From Candidatus Heimdallarchaeota archaeon (GTDB taxonomy: Archaea > Asgardarchaeota > Heimdallarchaeia > Hodarchaeales > Hodarchaeaceae): a stretch of DNA of 15,649 nucleotides. The position numbers were made by a program, and so were the translations under genes. The stretch spans positions 1-15,649 of the forward strand of contig JBHLSH010000085.1 of assembly GCA_048881705.1 (NCBI GenBank), read 5' to 3'. The notes beneath the pieces were generated by a model. It saw only the letters and a program-made list of their open reading frames with translations. It was not told the DNA's origin and ran no database searches. This document shows, one piece after another, positions 1-7,623 of this stretch (its first letter is position 1; each line of letters starts with the position of its first letter).

Positions 1-1307
1 AGTAGAACCGCTAGGAAAAACGAGAGTAGTAGAGAGAGCAAAGCTACCGTTACTATGACGGTTCCAAAGGGTTCAGTCTGAAGTTCAGAAAGATATTTAT
101 CCACAAGGGTTTTATAACGAAGATTTTTACCAATGCTTACTTCTGCATGGAAAAGAGCATCATTTCCGTCTGTCCCCCAATCAATCTCACTATATCCAAA
201 GATGGGTTCAGCGTTTCTAAAACTAGCTTCGGCAATATCAAGCGAATCTGCTGCTTCTGTCAATAAATCAGCATATCGGTCCAAATTGTAGCCTAGATTG
301 GATAAATTTAATTGATATTGATTCGTTTGCACTGAAAGTTTCTCTGCAATTGATAAGGACAACATAACGAAGGATACGTTCGCATTTTGATACCCTAATG
401 GTTCAATCTGTTTCTCGATAGTAACCCATCCAACCTCTTTCGTGTGAAACAGAATCTTAACATCAAGTGACTTATTTAAAGGCAAGAAGGAAATAATGTC
501 CCTAGATCCCTGAGCAAGGGCGAAGCTAGCGTAAGCTACAGGGATCTCAAGAAGGAGTTTCCCTTGATAATAGGCCTGGATGGTGATAATAGAAGCTTCG
601 ATATTGTCACGAAGAAAAAGAGGAATGTGATCAAAGCTATTCAGATGAGAAATACCGCTAAGGGCGAGGAAGGCAACAGGTACTAAACGAAGTTTTAAGT
701 TGTACAAGAGAAACGGAGAAAAATCTATCGTATTTAGGACAGGGATAAACGTGAAATTTGAAATTAATGGGTAGGAACCGTTTCCAAATGAAATTGCGAA
801 CACTCCAATAAAATCATCTGAAGATACATTGACTGAATCTGAAGTTCTATTTATACTGAATCCTGTGAGTGGATTTGACGCTGTAAAGCCGATTATTGAA
901 CTGAAAGACAGATCCATTGAAAATGTGTTATTAGTCTTGAAAAGGAGAATAAACGATGGGAGAGAAATATTGGAAAAATAATCCACGGCGGTTCCATTTA
1001 TGTACAATCCTGCAGAGACGCCAATCGAGGAGACATTTTCAGCTCTCTCCCTTTCTAAATCAGATAGAGATGTCTCAAACGATAATAATAGCTGTTTGGC
1101 CTGATCTGGCTCGGTTAACATTAGCTCTGTTAGCCAAGAAACCGGAATATCTGACCAATCATCATCTAACTCCCAGATGTTTGATGAGGTGGTAGGATCT
1201 AACGACCTAAGAGGATAATCATTGTACACAGGGTTCTGATTACTGTACTCTAAAAAATGAATGAAAAGAATTAATAGGAAAGTAAAAGCGACGAAATTTC
1301 GGCCCAC
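1..1307 (-). CDS. Large secreted/membrane-anchored protein, 3'-truncated by the window edge (about 435 aa visible); possibly a FtsX/MacB-type permease with a big ectodomain or a surface glycoprotein
   Basis: Manual translation of the minus frame (codons 1307-1305 down to 5-3) shows no stop; the nearest in-frame upstream stop is TAA at 1343-1341. The first start codon is GTG at 1307. The N-terminus MGRNFVAFTFLLILFIHFLEYS is a signal peptide or anchor. There are 11 N-x-S/T sequons, and a hydrophobic helix VIVTVALLSLLLSFFLAVL lies at the window edge. Absent from the ORF track. Confidence 0.85.
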   Translation of the reverse strand, partial: MGRNFVAFTFLLILFIHFLEYSNQNPVYNDYPLRSLDPTTSSNIWELDDDWSDIPVSWLTELMLTEPDQAKQLLLSFETSLSDLERERAENVSSIGVSAGLYINGTAVDYFSNISLPSFILLFKTNNTFSMDLSFSSIIGFTASNPLTGFSINRTSDSVNVSSDDFIGVFAISFGNGSYPLISNFTFIPVLNTIDFSPFLLYNLKLRLVPVAFLALSGISHLNSFDHIPLFLRDNIEASIITIQAYYQGKLLLEIPVAYASFALAQGSRDIISFLPLNKSLDVKILFHTKEVGWVTIEKQIEPLGYQNANVSFVMLSLSIAEKLSVQTNQYQLNLSNLGYNLDRYADLLTEAADSLDIAEASFRNAEPIFGYSEIDWGTDGNDALFHAEVSIGKNLRYKTLVDKYLSELQTEPFGTVIVTVALLSLLLSFFLAVL

Positions 1308-1337
1308 AACAAATCGATTTAGTACTCCTACCCACAG

Positions 1338-1347
1338 ATTTTAAAAT
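1338..1347. promoter_or_regulatory. Candidate bidirectional TATA-like element ATTTTAAAAT
   Basis: Perfect 10-bp AT palindrome in the 64-bp gap between divergent starts at 1307 (-) and 1372 (+), about 25-40 bp from each. Confidence 0.4.
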
Positions 1348-1357
1348 TTTTGACGTC

Positions 1358-1362
1358 AGGAG
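1358..1362 (+). promoter_or_regulatory. Shine-Dalgarno site AGGAG for the permease at 1372
   Basis: AGGAG 9 nt upstream of ATG 1372. Confidence 0.55.
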
Positions 1363-1371
1363 TTAGTTATC

Positions 1372-2019
1372 ATGGAAAAGCCCTCACTCCCCGATTTTCT
1401 TGAATCCCCAGATAATGCACTTGATTTTAGACCATTTACATTATTTCGGCTCGCACTATCAAACATTGGAAATCGATTCAGAAGGTACTTGGTCATCCTC
1501 TTTGGAATCATATTGACATCTTGCCTCGTGATCATTATCCGCGGTTATACCGTTGCTATAGATATTGTGGAAGATATCCAGATAAGTACAAGCATTTTAT
1601 TCTATGGTACGTTAGTTACCGTCATATGCTTCGGTTTAGTTGCCATTGCTATTACATCAACAATTTTTTTAGCAATTACTGAGCGGATAGAAGAGATCGG
1701 ATTGTATCGAATATGTGGGGCCAATTCTCGAGATGTTTTCATTCTTTTTGAAATCGAATCTCTTCTCATTGGGTGCTTGGGATTATTATCTGGATCCTTG
1801 GTCGGAGCCATTCTTTTTTTCCTGGACTTATCCCGTACTCTTACAAGAACTACATTGGCGGATTTTCTCCTCACTCATCCTGTAGTTATGACATCACTTG
1901 TTGAAACTTTTTTCTTTTTAGTTCCCTTCATTTTTCTGGTTGTAGTGGTTTCCTCACTTATTCCCGTCATCCATGCGGTACGTATGGAAGTCAACGATAC
2001 CATAAGACATCACGTTTAA
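1372..2019 (+). CDS. FtsX/MacB-family ABC transporter permease, minimal form with no extracytoplasmic domain
   Basis: N-terminal amphipathic helix FRLALSNIGNRFRR, then TM1; family motif AITERIEEIGLYRICGA...FEIESLLIGCLGLLSG; C-terminal SLIPVIHAVRME. Four hydrophobic segments in 215 aa. Confidence 0.88.
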   Translation: MEKPSLPDFLESPDNALDFRPFTLFRLALSNIGNRFRRYLVILFGIILTSCLVIIIRGYTVAIDIVEDIQISTSILFYGTLVTVICFGLVAIAITSTIFLAITERIEEIGLYRICGANSRDVFILFEIESLLIGCLGLLSGSLVGAILFFLDLSRTLTRTTLADFLLTHPVVMTSLVETFFFLVPFIFLVVVVSSLIPVIHAVRMEVNDTIRHHV

Positions 2020-2037
2020 TCCAGTGAGCAGGGGATC

Positions 2038-2724
2038 TTGTTGATATTCCTTCAAAGAGTTAATCGCGGATTTTCCGAGCCTGATGGAACCAGGCTAAAG
2101 GTATTGGAAGATATTACCTTAAAAATTCAAGAAGGCCAGTTGATCGTTATTCAAGGCCCAAGTGGAAGCGGAAAAACAACCCTGTTAAATCTTATAGCGG
2201 GAATTCTTCCACCCACAAGTGGAAAAATCTTCTTTCGTGGTATAAATCTTTCTCTGCTGGGTTTAAAGGAATTGGCTGTTTTTCGCTTAAAGTACTTGGG
2301 TTATTTGTTTCAGCACTGGAACCTTCTTCCCTTTTTGACTGCCCGTGAGAACATTGAGATGCCTGCCAAAATCCTCGGAACTCCTTATCTTATTAGACAT
2401 CAAAAAGTGGAAAAGATCGCCCTTTCTTTGGGGATTCATGAACGACTTGATAATATGGCGGAAGAACTTTCAGGAGGTCAGAAACAACGTGCTGCCCTAG
2501 CTCGAGCTCTAATTAATGACCCTATCCTCCTATTGGCGGATGAGCCAACAAGCAGTCTTGACACCCAAACCCGCTCCGAAATGGTAACAATTCTGGAAGA
2601 TCGAAAAAACAACCATAATCTAAGTATGCTTATAACAACACACGATCCGTACTTTACAGAAGTTGCTGATAAAATTTACTCTCTTGAGGATGGGACTCTC
2701 CAGAGCCAAAATTTTCCCAAATGA
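2038..2724 (+). CDS. ABC transporter ATP-binding protein, LolD/MacB/FtsE-like (subunit 1)
   Basis: Walker A GPSGSGKTT, Q-loop GYLFQ, signature LSGGQKQR, Walker B/D-loop LLLADEPTSSLD, H-loop TTHD. TTG start. Confidence 0.95.
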   Translation: MLIFLQRVNRGFSEPDGTRLKVLEDITLKIQEGQLIVIQGPSGSGKTTLLNLIAGILPPTSGKIFFRGINLSLLGLKELAVFRLKYLGYLFQHWNLLPFLTARENIEMPAKILGTPYLIRHQKVEKIALSLGIHERLDNMAEELSGGQKQRAALARALINDPILLLADEPTSSLDTQTRSEMVTILEDRKNNHNLSMLITTHDPYFTEVADKIYSLEDGTLQSQNFPK

Positions 2725-2736
2725 GAAGGATTTTCT

Positions 2737-3408
2737 GTGATTCTCGAAGTTAAAAACCTGACAAAGGCTTATCAGGTTGGAAACCAAAAAATTCTGGCCC
2801 TAAATCGGCTTACCTATTCCTTTCCACTACGCCGTATACACATCGTAATTGGACGATCAGGCTCAGGAAAAACTACTTTACTTTCGCTGTTGTCCCTTCT
2901 TGACACACCAACAAGCGGAAGTATATTTTTGGATAATCTCTCTTTTGAAAAGCTGGCCCCCAAATCCTATGCCTCCATATGGAACAATTATTTCGGTTTT
3001 GTATTTCAGGAAGCGAACCTAATTGGCGTGAAGACTGCATATCACAATATCGAACTTCCTTTACTATTCAGAGGTATTCCCCGCCAGGTACGAAACCGAT
3101 TGGTAACAGAGACCGCTGAACGATTAGGAATTAAAGAAAAACTTGATCAGAAAGCTTTTAGACTATCTGGAGGGCAAAAACAACGAGTCGCAATTGCCCG
3201 AGAGTTGATTAAAAGCCCCGTTATTCTCTTTGCGGATGAACCTACGGGAAATTTGGATGATACGTCATCTACTAAGATAGTTTCAGAACTCAGGAGGATT
3301 AGTGAAGAAACAGGGGTTACTCTCATTATTGCGACTCATGACCTCCGTTTCAGGAAGCTTTCATCTCACATTCTTGCATTAGAAGATGGAAAAATCCAAT
3401 CATCTTGA
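2737..3408 (+). CDS. ABC transporter ATP-binding protein, LolD/MacB/FtsE-like (subunit 2)
   Basis: Walker A GRSGSGKTT, GFVFQ, LSGGQKQR, ILFADEPTGNLD, ATHD. GTG start preceded by GAAGGA. Confidence 0.95.
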   Translation: MILEVKNLTKAYQVGNQKILALNRLTYSFPLRRIHIVIGRSGSGKTTLLSLLSLLDTPTSGSIFLDNLSFEKLAPKSYASIWNNYFGFVFQEANLIGVKTAYHNIELPLLFRGIPRQVRNRLVTETAERLGIKEKLDQKAFRLSGGQKQRVAIARELIKSPVILFADEPTGNLDDTSSTKIVSELRRISEETGVTLIIATHDLRFRKLSSHILALEDGKIQSS

Positions 3409-4536
3409 TTAAGTCTCTCTTAAGGTTAAACGACTACCAAATATGAATAAGATAACAAATAGAAGCTGAACTACCAAGTCTACATTCCAAGGCGTGAGTA
3501 TGAGGCCTTCGATGGAAATTTGACGTAGAAGGTTTACTCCATAAGTCGTGGGGATGAGGTAAGCTACCCAACGTACAACCTCCGGTATTTGATTAAGTGG
3601 AATAATAATACCTGACAGGAGGAGCGCTGGAAGAATCACTAGGGGTACAAATTGAATAGCTTGAAATTCATTACGTGCATAGGAGGATAAGAAAATGGCA
3701 AGAACAAGACCCGTCCATCCACAAACCACAGCTCCAATGTATAATGAAACAAGTTCCGCAAGTCCGAAGGCCAGCTGAATGTTAAACAATATACTTGCGG
3801 CGATTAGAATTACGGTGGTTTGGAAAAACGATAGGATGCTAAATGCTCCCAAGTATCCAAAAATGATCTCTCCTTTATCGTATGGACACTGTAGAAGGAG
3901 ATCGAGAGTTCCTGCCTTTCTTTCTCCTATAAGATTCATGATAATTAGTATGAAAGATAAAAAGAAGACACCAAAAATAATCATGGCCGGGGCAAAGAAT
4001 TCAATTGTCGTTAGATCCTCTCCATAGGCATAGGAGATTTCAACACCCAAATTTCCTCGAAATTCCCCAATCGCATCCTGAAATGCTTGCTGAAACGCCG
4101 CCAGAACAACCACCCCTACTTGCGGGTTAGAATTGTCGAGATAGAGTTGAATCGAAACATTTTCGCCGCTTAGAGAAGCGACGTTTGATGTGAAATTCTC
4201 AGGGACAATGATCGCACAAACAAATCTCTTTTCTTCAACCGCTCGTTTTGCAGTTTCAAAATCATCCGTTAAATTGATAACGTCCACTTTTTGGGATTCC
4301 TCCAAGTTGGTTTTCATCTGTTTACCAATGGAGGGGATAAGAAATGGAGGAAAAATTACAGATGCGTCGCTATCCTGATTTATGACTATAATCGGGACGT
4401 GATTAATTTCTCCTCCAAATGCCACGCCAAAAAGCGCAATATACATTAACGGGGCCATGAAAGCTAAACCTAAGGTACGGTGGTCACGAAGAAGTTGCTT
4501 CCATATTCGTTTTGTTACAAGGTAGGCCAACCGCAC
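3409..4536 (-). CDS. ABC-2 type exporter permease (YbhS/YhhJ-like) with extracellular domain
   Basis: KQLLRDHRTLGLAFMAP TM1, VPIIVINQD start of the ectodomain, ERKAGTLDLLLQCP motif, five further TM segments, LLSGIIIPLNQIP...YLIPTTY. GTG start 1 nt after the ATPase stop. Confidence 0.93.
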   Translation of the reverse strand: MRLAYLVTKRIWKQLLRDHRTLGLAFMAPLMYIALFGVAFGGEINHVPIIVINQDSDASVIFPPFLIPSIGKQMKTNLEESQKVDVINLTDDFETAKRAVEEKRFVCAIIVPENFTSNVASLSGENVSIQLYLDNSNPQVGVVVLAAFQQAFQDAIGEFRGNLGVEISYAYGEDLTTIEFFAPAMIIFGVFFLSFILIIMNLIGERKAGTLDLLLQCPYDKGEIIFGYLGAFSILSFFQTTVILIAASILFNIQLAFGLAELVSLYIGAVVCGWTGLVLAIFLSSYARNEFQAIQFVPLVILPALLLSGIIIPLNQIPEVVRWVAYLIPTTYGVNLLRQISIEGLILTPWNVDLVVQLLFVILFIFGSRLTLRET

Positions 4537-4537
4537 G

Positions 4538-5299
4538 CTATAAAACCCCCTGTTGAGTATCAGAAATTAGATTGAGAAACATTTCTTCCATATTCTGGGA
4601 ATTGGTTTTCACCATTAAATTTCGAGGAGTATCAATCGCAACCATCCGTCCATCTCGCATCACTCCAACTCGATCGGCCCATTCGGCCTCATTTAGATAA
4701 TGCGTGGTTACCAAGATCGTTGTTCCATCTTTACGGGCCTTTTCTCGAAAATATTGCCAGAAATCTCGACGTAACACAGGATCAAGGCCGACTGTTGGTT
4801 CATCGAGAAATGCAATTTTAGGATTATTTACCATAGCAGCCGCCAAAGCAGTCCGTTGCTGAGTTCCTCCAGATAAATGAACCGCCAATTTACCTTGATG
4901 ATCAGTGAGTGATAGTTTCTCGATCATAAGATCAGTATTGATTCGTGTTTGATTAGTAGTGAGCCCTTTAGCTTGTGCAAAGAATTGAATATTCTCACGG
5001 GCCGTAAGGAGATCATATAACGCTCGTTTTTGTGGCAAATACCCCATTATGCTTCTTAGTCTCTTTTTTTCCTGAGGGATAGTTAATCCTTTAACTTGAA
5101 TACTTCCTCCAGATTCCGCCTTCAGGGTTCCCAAGAGGAGGCGAATGGTTGTGGTCTTGCCAGCTGCATTAGGGCCTACCAAGCAAAAAACCTCCCCCTG
5201 ATTAACTCGGAGAGTAAGGTCGTCAACAGCAAGCACATTTCCAAACAGTTTTGAAACATTAGAAATCTCAATGTCATAAACCATTTGTATCACTGACAT
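4538..5299 (-). CDS. ABC-2 type (multidrug-family) ATP-binding protein
   Basis: Walker A GPNAAGKTT, GYLPQ, LSGGTQQR, AFLDEPTVGLDP, TTHY. Confidence 0.95.
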   Translation of the reverse strand: MSVIQMVYDIEISNVSKLFGNVLAVDDLTLRVNQGEVFCLVGPNAAGKTTTIRLLLGTLKAESGGSIQVKGLTIPQEKKRLRSIMGYLPQKRALYDLLTARENIQFFAQAKGLTTNQTRINTDLMIEKLSLTDHQGKLAVHLSGGTQQRTALAAAMVNNPKIAFLDEPTVGLDPVLRRDFWQYFREKARKDGTTILVTTHYLNEAEWADRVGVMRDGRMVAIDTPRNLMVKTNSQNMEEMFLNLISDTQQGVL

Positions 5300-5329
5300 G
5301 ATGAAGACAGTTGAGGTGCGAATAGAAGG

Positions 5330-5336
5330 AAAAAAA
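5330..5336 (-). terminator. Possible archaeal oligo-T terminator for the response regulator
   Basis: T7 run on the minus strand about 45 nt after the stop at 5381. Ambiguous, because it also lies in the upstream region of the 5299 gene. Confidence 0.25.
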
Positions 5337-5380
5337 GCATTTCAGAAGAGAGCAATTTCACTACTTTAGGCTTGTTAAAG

Positions 5381-6292
5381 CTAAAGTGGATGGGTCATGA
5401 AAATCTTGCGAGTCTGATCCAAAAAATTCTCGTTCAGTTCTTCCATGGTTGAATAGGCTCCAAGTAGTTCGTCGAGTTGTTTTTCGATTGTTGCTCTGTT
5501 TGGAAGGACACTGCGGAATAATACTGGGAAGAGAACAACCACAAGACCGTAGTTTGCGCCTATGGTATTCTGTATCCGCTTATCAGTAAAATCCTTTGAG
5601 ACCATTTGAAAGGCATACACCAATCCGCGATACTTTTCATAATTTGGAACAGGAAGTTCAAAGAGGCCTCGGGCATAATCGTGACCAGCTCCCGTTGCCG
5701 ACATATAGTATGTACCGATTTTAATCAGAAAGTTTTCCTTCTCCATATCTGTGATTGAATCTTCAAACGGTAATCTTGATGTTAAAAAAGGCTCTGGTCC
5801 GACTTCTCCAAACTTAAAAACAGATACAGAGAGTTGTTCTGGATTTTCTGCTAGTTGTCGAGCTAATACGGTTTCCTGCCGTGCCCGATGTTCAAGTAAT
5901 ACCTGAGTTATGGTCTGTTTCAAGTTATCAGGTTCAAACATTTCTTCTTTGGTTAAATAATCTTGGACTCCCAGTTTCATTGCCTGTACGGCTACTCGTT
6001 CAGAGCCTAAACCAGTTATCATGATGATCGGGACTTCTCGGTTTAGACGGCGAATTTCCTCGATGACTTCGATTCCTGACTTTCCAGGGAGGGAGTAATC
6101 CACAAGGATTAGATTAAAGGCATTACCTTCTTTTATTTTTCTAATAGCATCCTCTCCAGTTTCAAATACCATGATGCTATTAATTCCGGCTTCTTTTATT
6201 CTCTTGATGAAAAGATATTGATGATCCCTGGAATCCTCAACAAGTAGAACCTTCGCGTCAGCTATAGGGTCGAATTCATCCTTCGATGCCAT
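5381..6292 (-). CDS. Response regulator: intact receiver domain plus a ~150-aa C-terminal domain of probable longin/uDENN-like fold
   Basis: Receiver: acidic pair E19-D20 (VLLVED), phosphoacceptor D65 (LILVDYSLPG), T93 (IMITG), K115 (DYLTK). C-terminal residues 154-303 start LSVSVFKFGEVGP and show no HTH or enzyme motif. Confidence 0.92.
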   Translation of the reverse strand: MASKDEFDPIADAKVLLVEDSRDHQYLFIKRIKEAGINSIMVFETGEDAIRKIKEGNAFNLILVDYSLPGKSGIEVIEEIRRLNREVPIIMITGLGSERVAVQAMKLGVQDYLTKEEMFEPDNLKQTITQVLLEHRARQETVLARQLAENPEQLSVSVFKFGEVGPEPFLTSRLPFEDSITDMEKENFLIKIGTYYMSATGAGHDYARGLFELPVPNYEKYRGLVYAFQMVSKDFTDKRIQNTIGANYGLVVVLFPVLFRSVLPNRATIEKQLDELLGAYSTMEELNENFLDQTRKIFMTHPL

Positions 6293-6499
6293 GCTTAATA
6301 CCTAACATCAAGCTAAATTAATTTTAGACTACGTTAGTACAATTCCAGCCAAAATCATTCCGAACAATCTGATCTTGCACTGGAGAGTAAATTCCTTTCT
6401 TGTTTGATAGGGCAATTTTGGTTCTAAACTTTTTCTTATAACTTATTAGTTTAATTCATTTTATTTATCTTCGTGGAAAATTTCGGGGTCAAGACTCAA

Positions 6500-7507
6500 T
6501 TACATCGGCAAATAACCTTGGTTTTTGAACCATTCGTATGATTCCCGAATCGTTGTCTCCATATCTTTTTGAGGGGTAAACCCGAGTTCGTTCCTAATCT
6601 TCTGGTCATTAAAGCGTCTTGAAGATGCAAATTTCGTAACTCTATATCTATTAAGAGTAGTTTTTTTCCCCGTGATTTTAGCAAAAACCTCAGAGAGTGT
6701 CGCAATCGTGTAAACCAGACGATAATTCAAATGCCGAGGAGGTTTGGATGGTTTAATCGTATCTACAATGAAATTGATAAAATCAATAAATAGACATTCA
6801 AAAGATTTTAAATTATAGGCCTGCCCTTTCGATTTTTGCTGTTTTTCTGCAATAAGTAGCAAAGCTTTGCAAAGGTCAAAAGGATGGATCCAGGTTGTAT
6901 AGACTTGTCGACCGCGAAATATCGGGAGTTTGCGTTCATAGATCGCCTTGAAGATCTGAAACATCGTTTTTTTGTCTTTTGGCCCAATAATACTTGGGGG
7001 GCGCACTATGCTAAAATTATTCCACCCTTGGCTCTGTGAAAAATCCCAAATACTCTTTTCTTGGTAAGCTTTGCTTTTTTGATAAATTCTTGTAGGATTA
7101 AATGGAGTGTTTTCGTCTATGGGTATATCAGGTATAAAATGACCATAAACCCCTGTTGAGGAAACGTGTGCGATGAAGGGATCTGTGCTAGACTGATAAC
7201 AGGCGTTAATCAGGTTATTCATACCCTCTACATTTACCCTATATAACTCAGTCCAGCCAGCCCAGTCATCTACTAGTGAAGCGAGATTGTAAACAACTTC
7301 AACATCTTTTAATGCATTTTTCAAACTAGAAACATCATTCAAATCTGCTTTAACCGGAATAAGCCCTAATGCCTCAATATTGGTTTTACTAACGTTGTCT
7401 CGGCAGATTACTCGAATAGAGTCGTCCTTCTTTCCATAAGTATTCATCAAAAGTTCATTGAGGAACCCCCCCAGAAAACCTGTTCCTCCAGTTACCAACG
7501 AAACCAC
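6500..7507 (-). CDS. NAD-dependent epimerase/dehydratase, extended SDR (3-beta-HSD/OleD-like subgroup)
   Basis: TGGTGFLG cofactor motif, YNLAS, HVSSTGVYG (catalytic Ser), YQKSK (YxxxK), IVRPPSIIGP, C-terminal KIRNELGFTP. GTG start with GAGGT 6 nt upstream (7518-7514). Confidence 0.92.
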   Translation of the reverse strand: MVSLVTGGTGFLGGFLNELLMNTYGKKDDSIRVICRDNVSKTNIEALGLIPVKADLNDVSSLKNALKDVEVVYNLASLVDDWAGWTELYRVNVEGMNNLINACYQSSTDPFIAHVSSTGVYGHFIPDIPIDENTPFNPTRIYQKSKAYQEKSIWDFSQSQGWNNFSIVRPPSIIGPKDKKTMFQIFKAIYERKLPIFRGRQVYTTWIHPFDLCKALLLIAEKQQKSKGQAYNLKSFECLFIDFINFIVDTIKPSKPPRHLNYRLVYTIATLSEVFAKITGKKTTLNRYRVTKFASSRRFNDQKIRNELGFTPQKDMETTIRESYEWFKNQGYLPM

Positions 7508-7623
7508 GGATATACCTCAAGGGGGACTAAAATGCCTAGTTTTAACTCTGTTCACAGGGAGATTCCAGTCTGTTTCACGTTATAAGACTTTTCCGTTTGG
7601 AAAATGTAGACAAGATTTCTAGT

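Noticed and set aside
956-1195. 79-aa plus-strand ORF in the track
   Set aside because: Antisense shadow of the long minus-strand surface-protein ORF; no motif.
1351-1358. TGACGTCA palindrome, identical to the eukaryotic CRE site
   Set aside because: A single 8-bp palindrome is expected by chance at this window size, and no bZIP-type gene is present.
5150-5180. Walker A GPNAAGKTT instead of the common GPNGAGKTT
   Set aside because: Still fits GxxxxGK[ST]; all other ATPase motifs are intact, so it is a tolerated variant.
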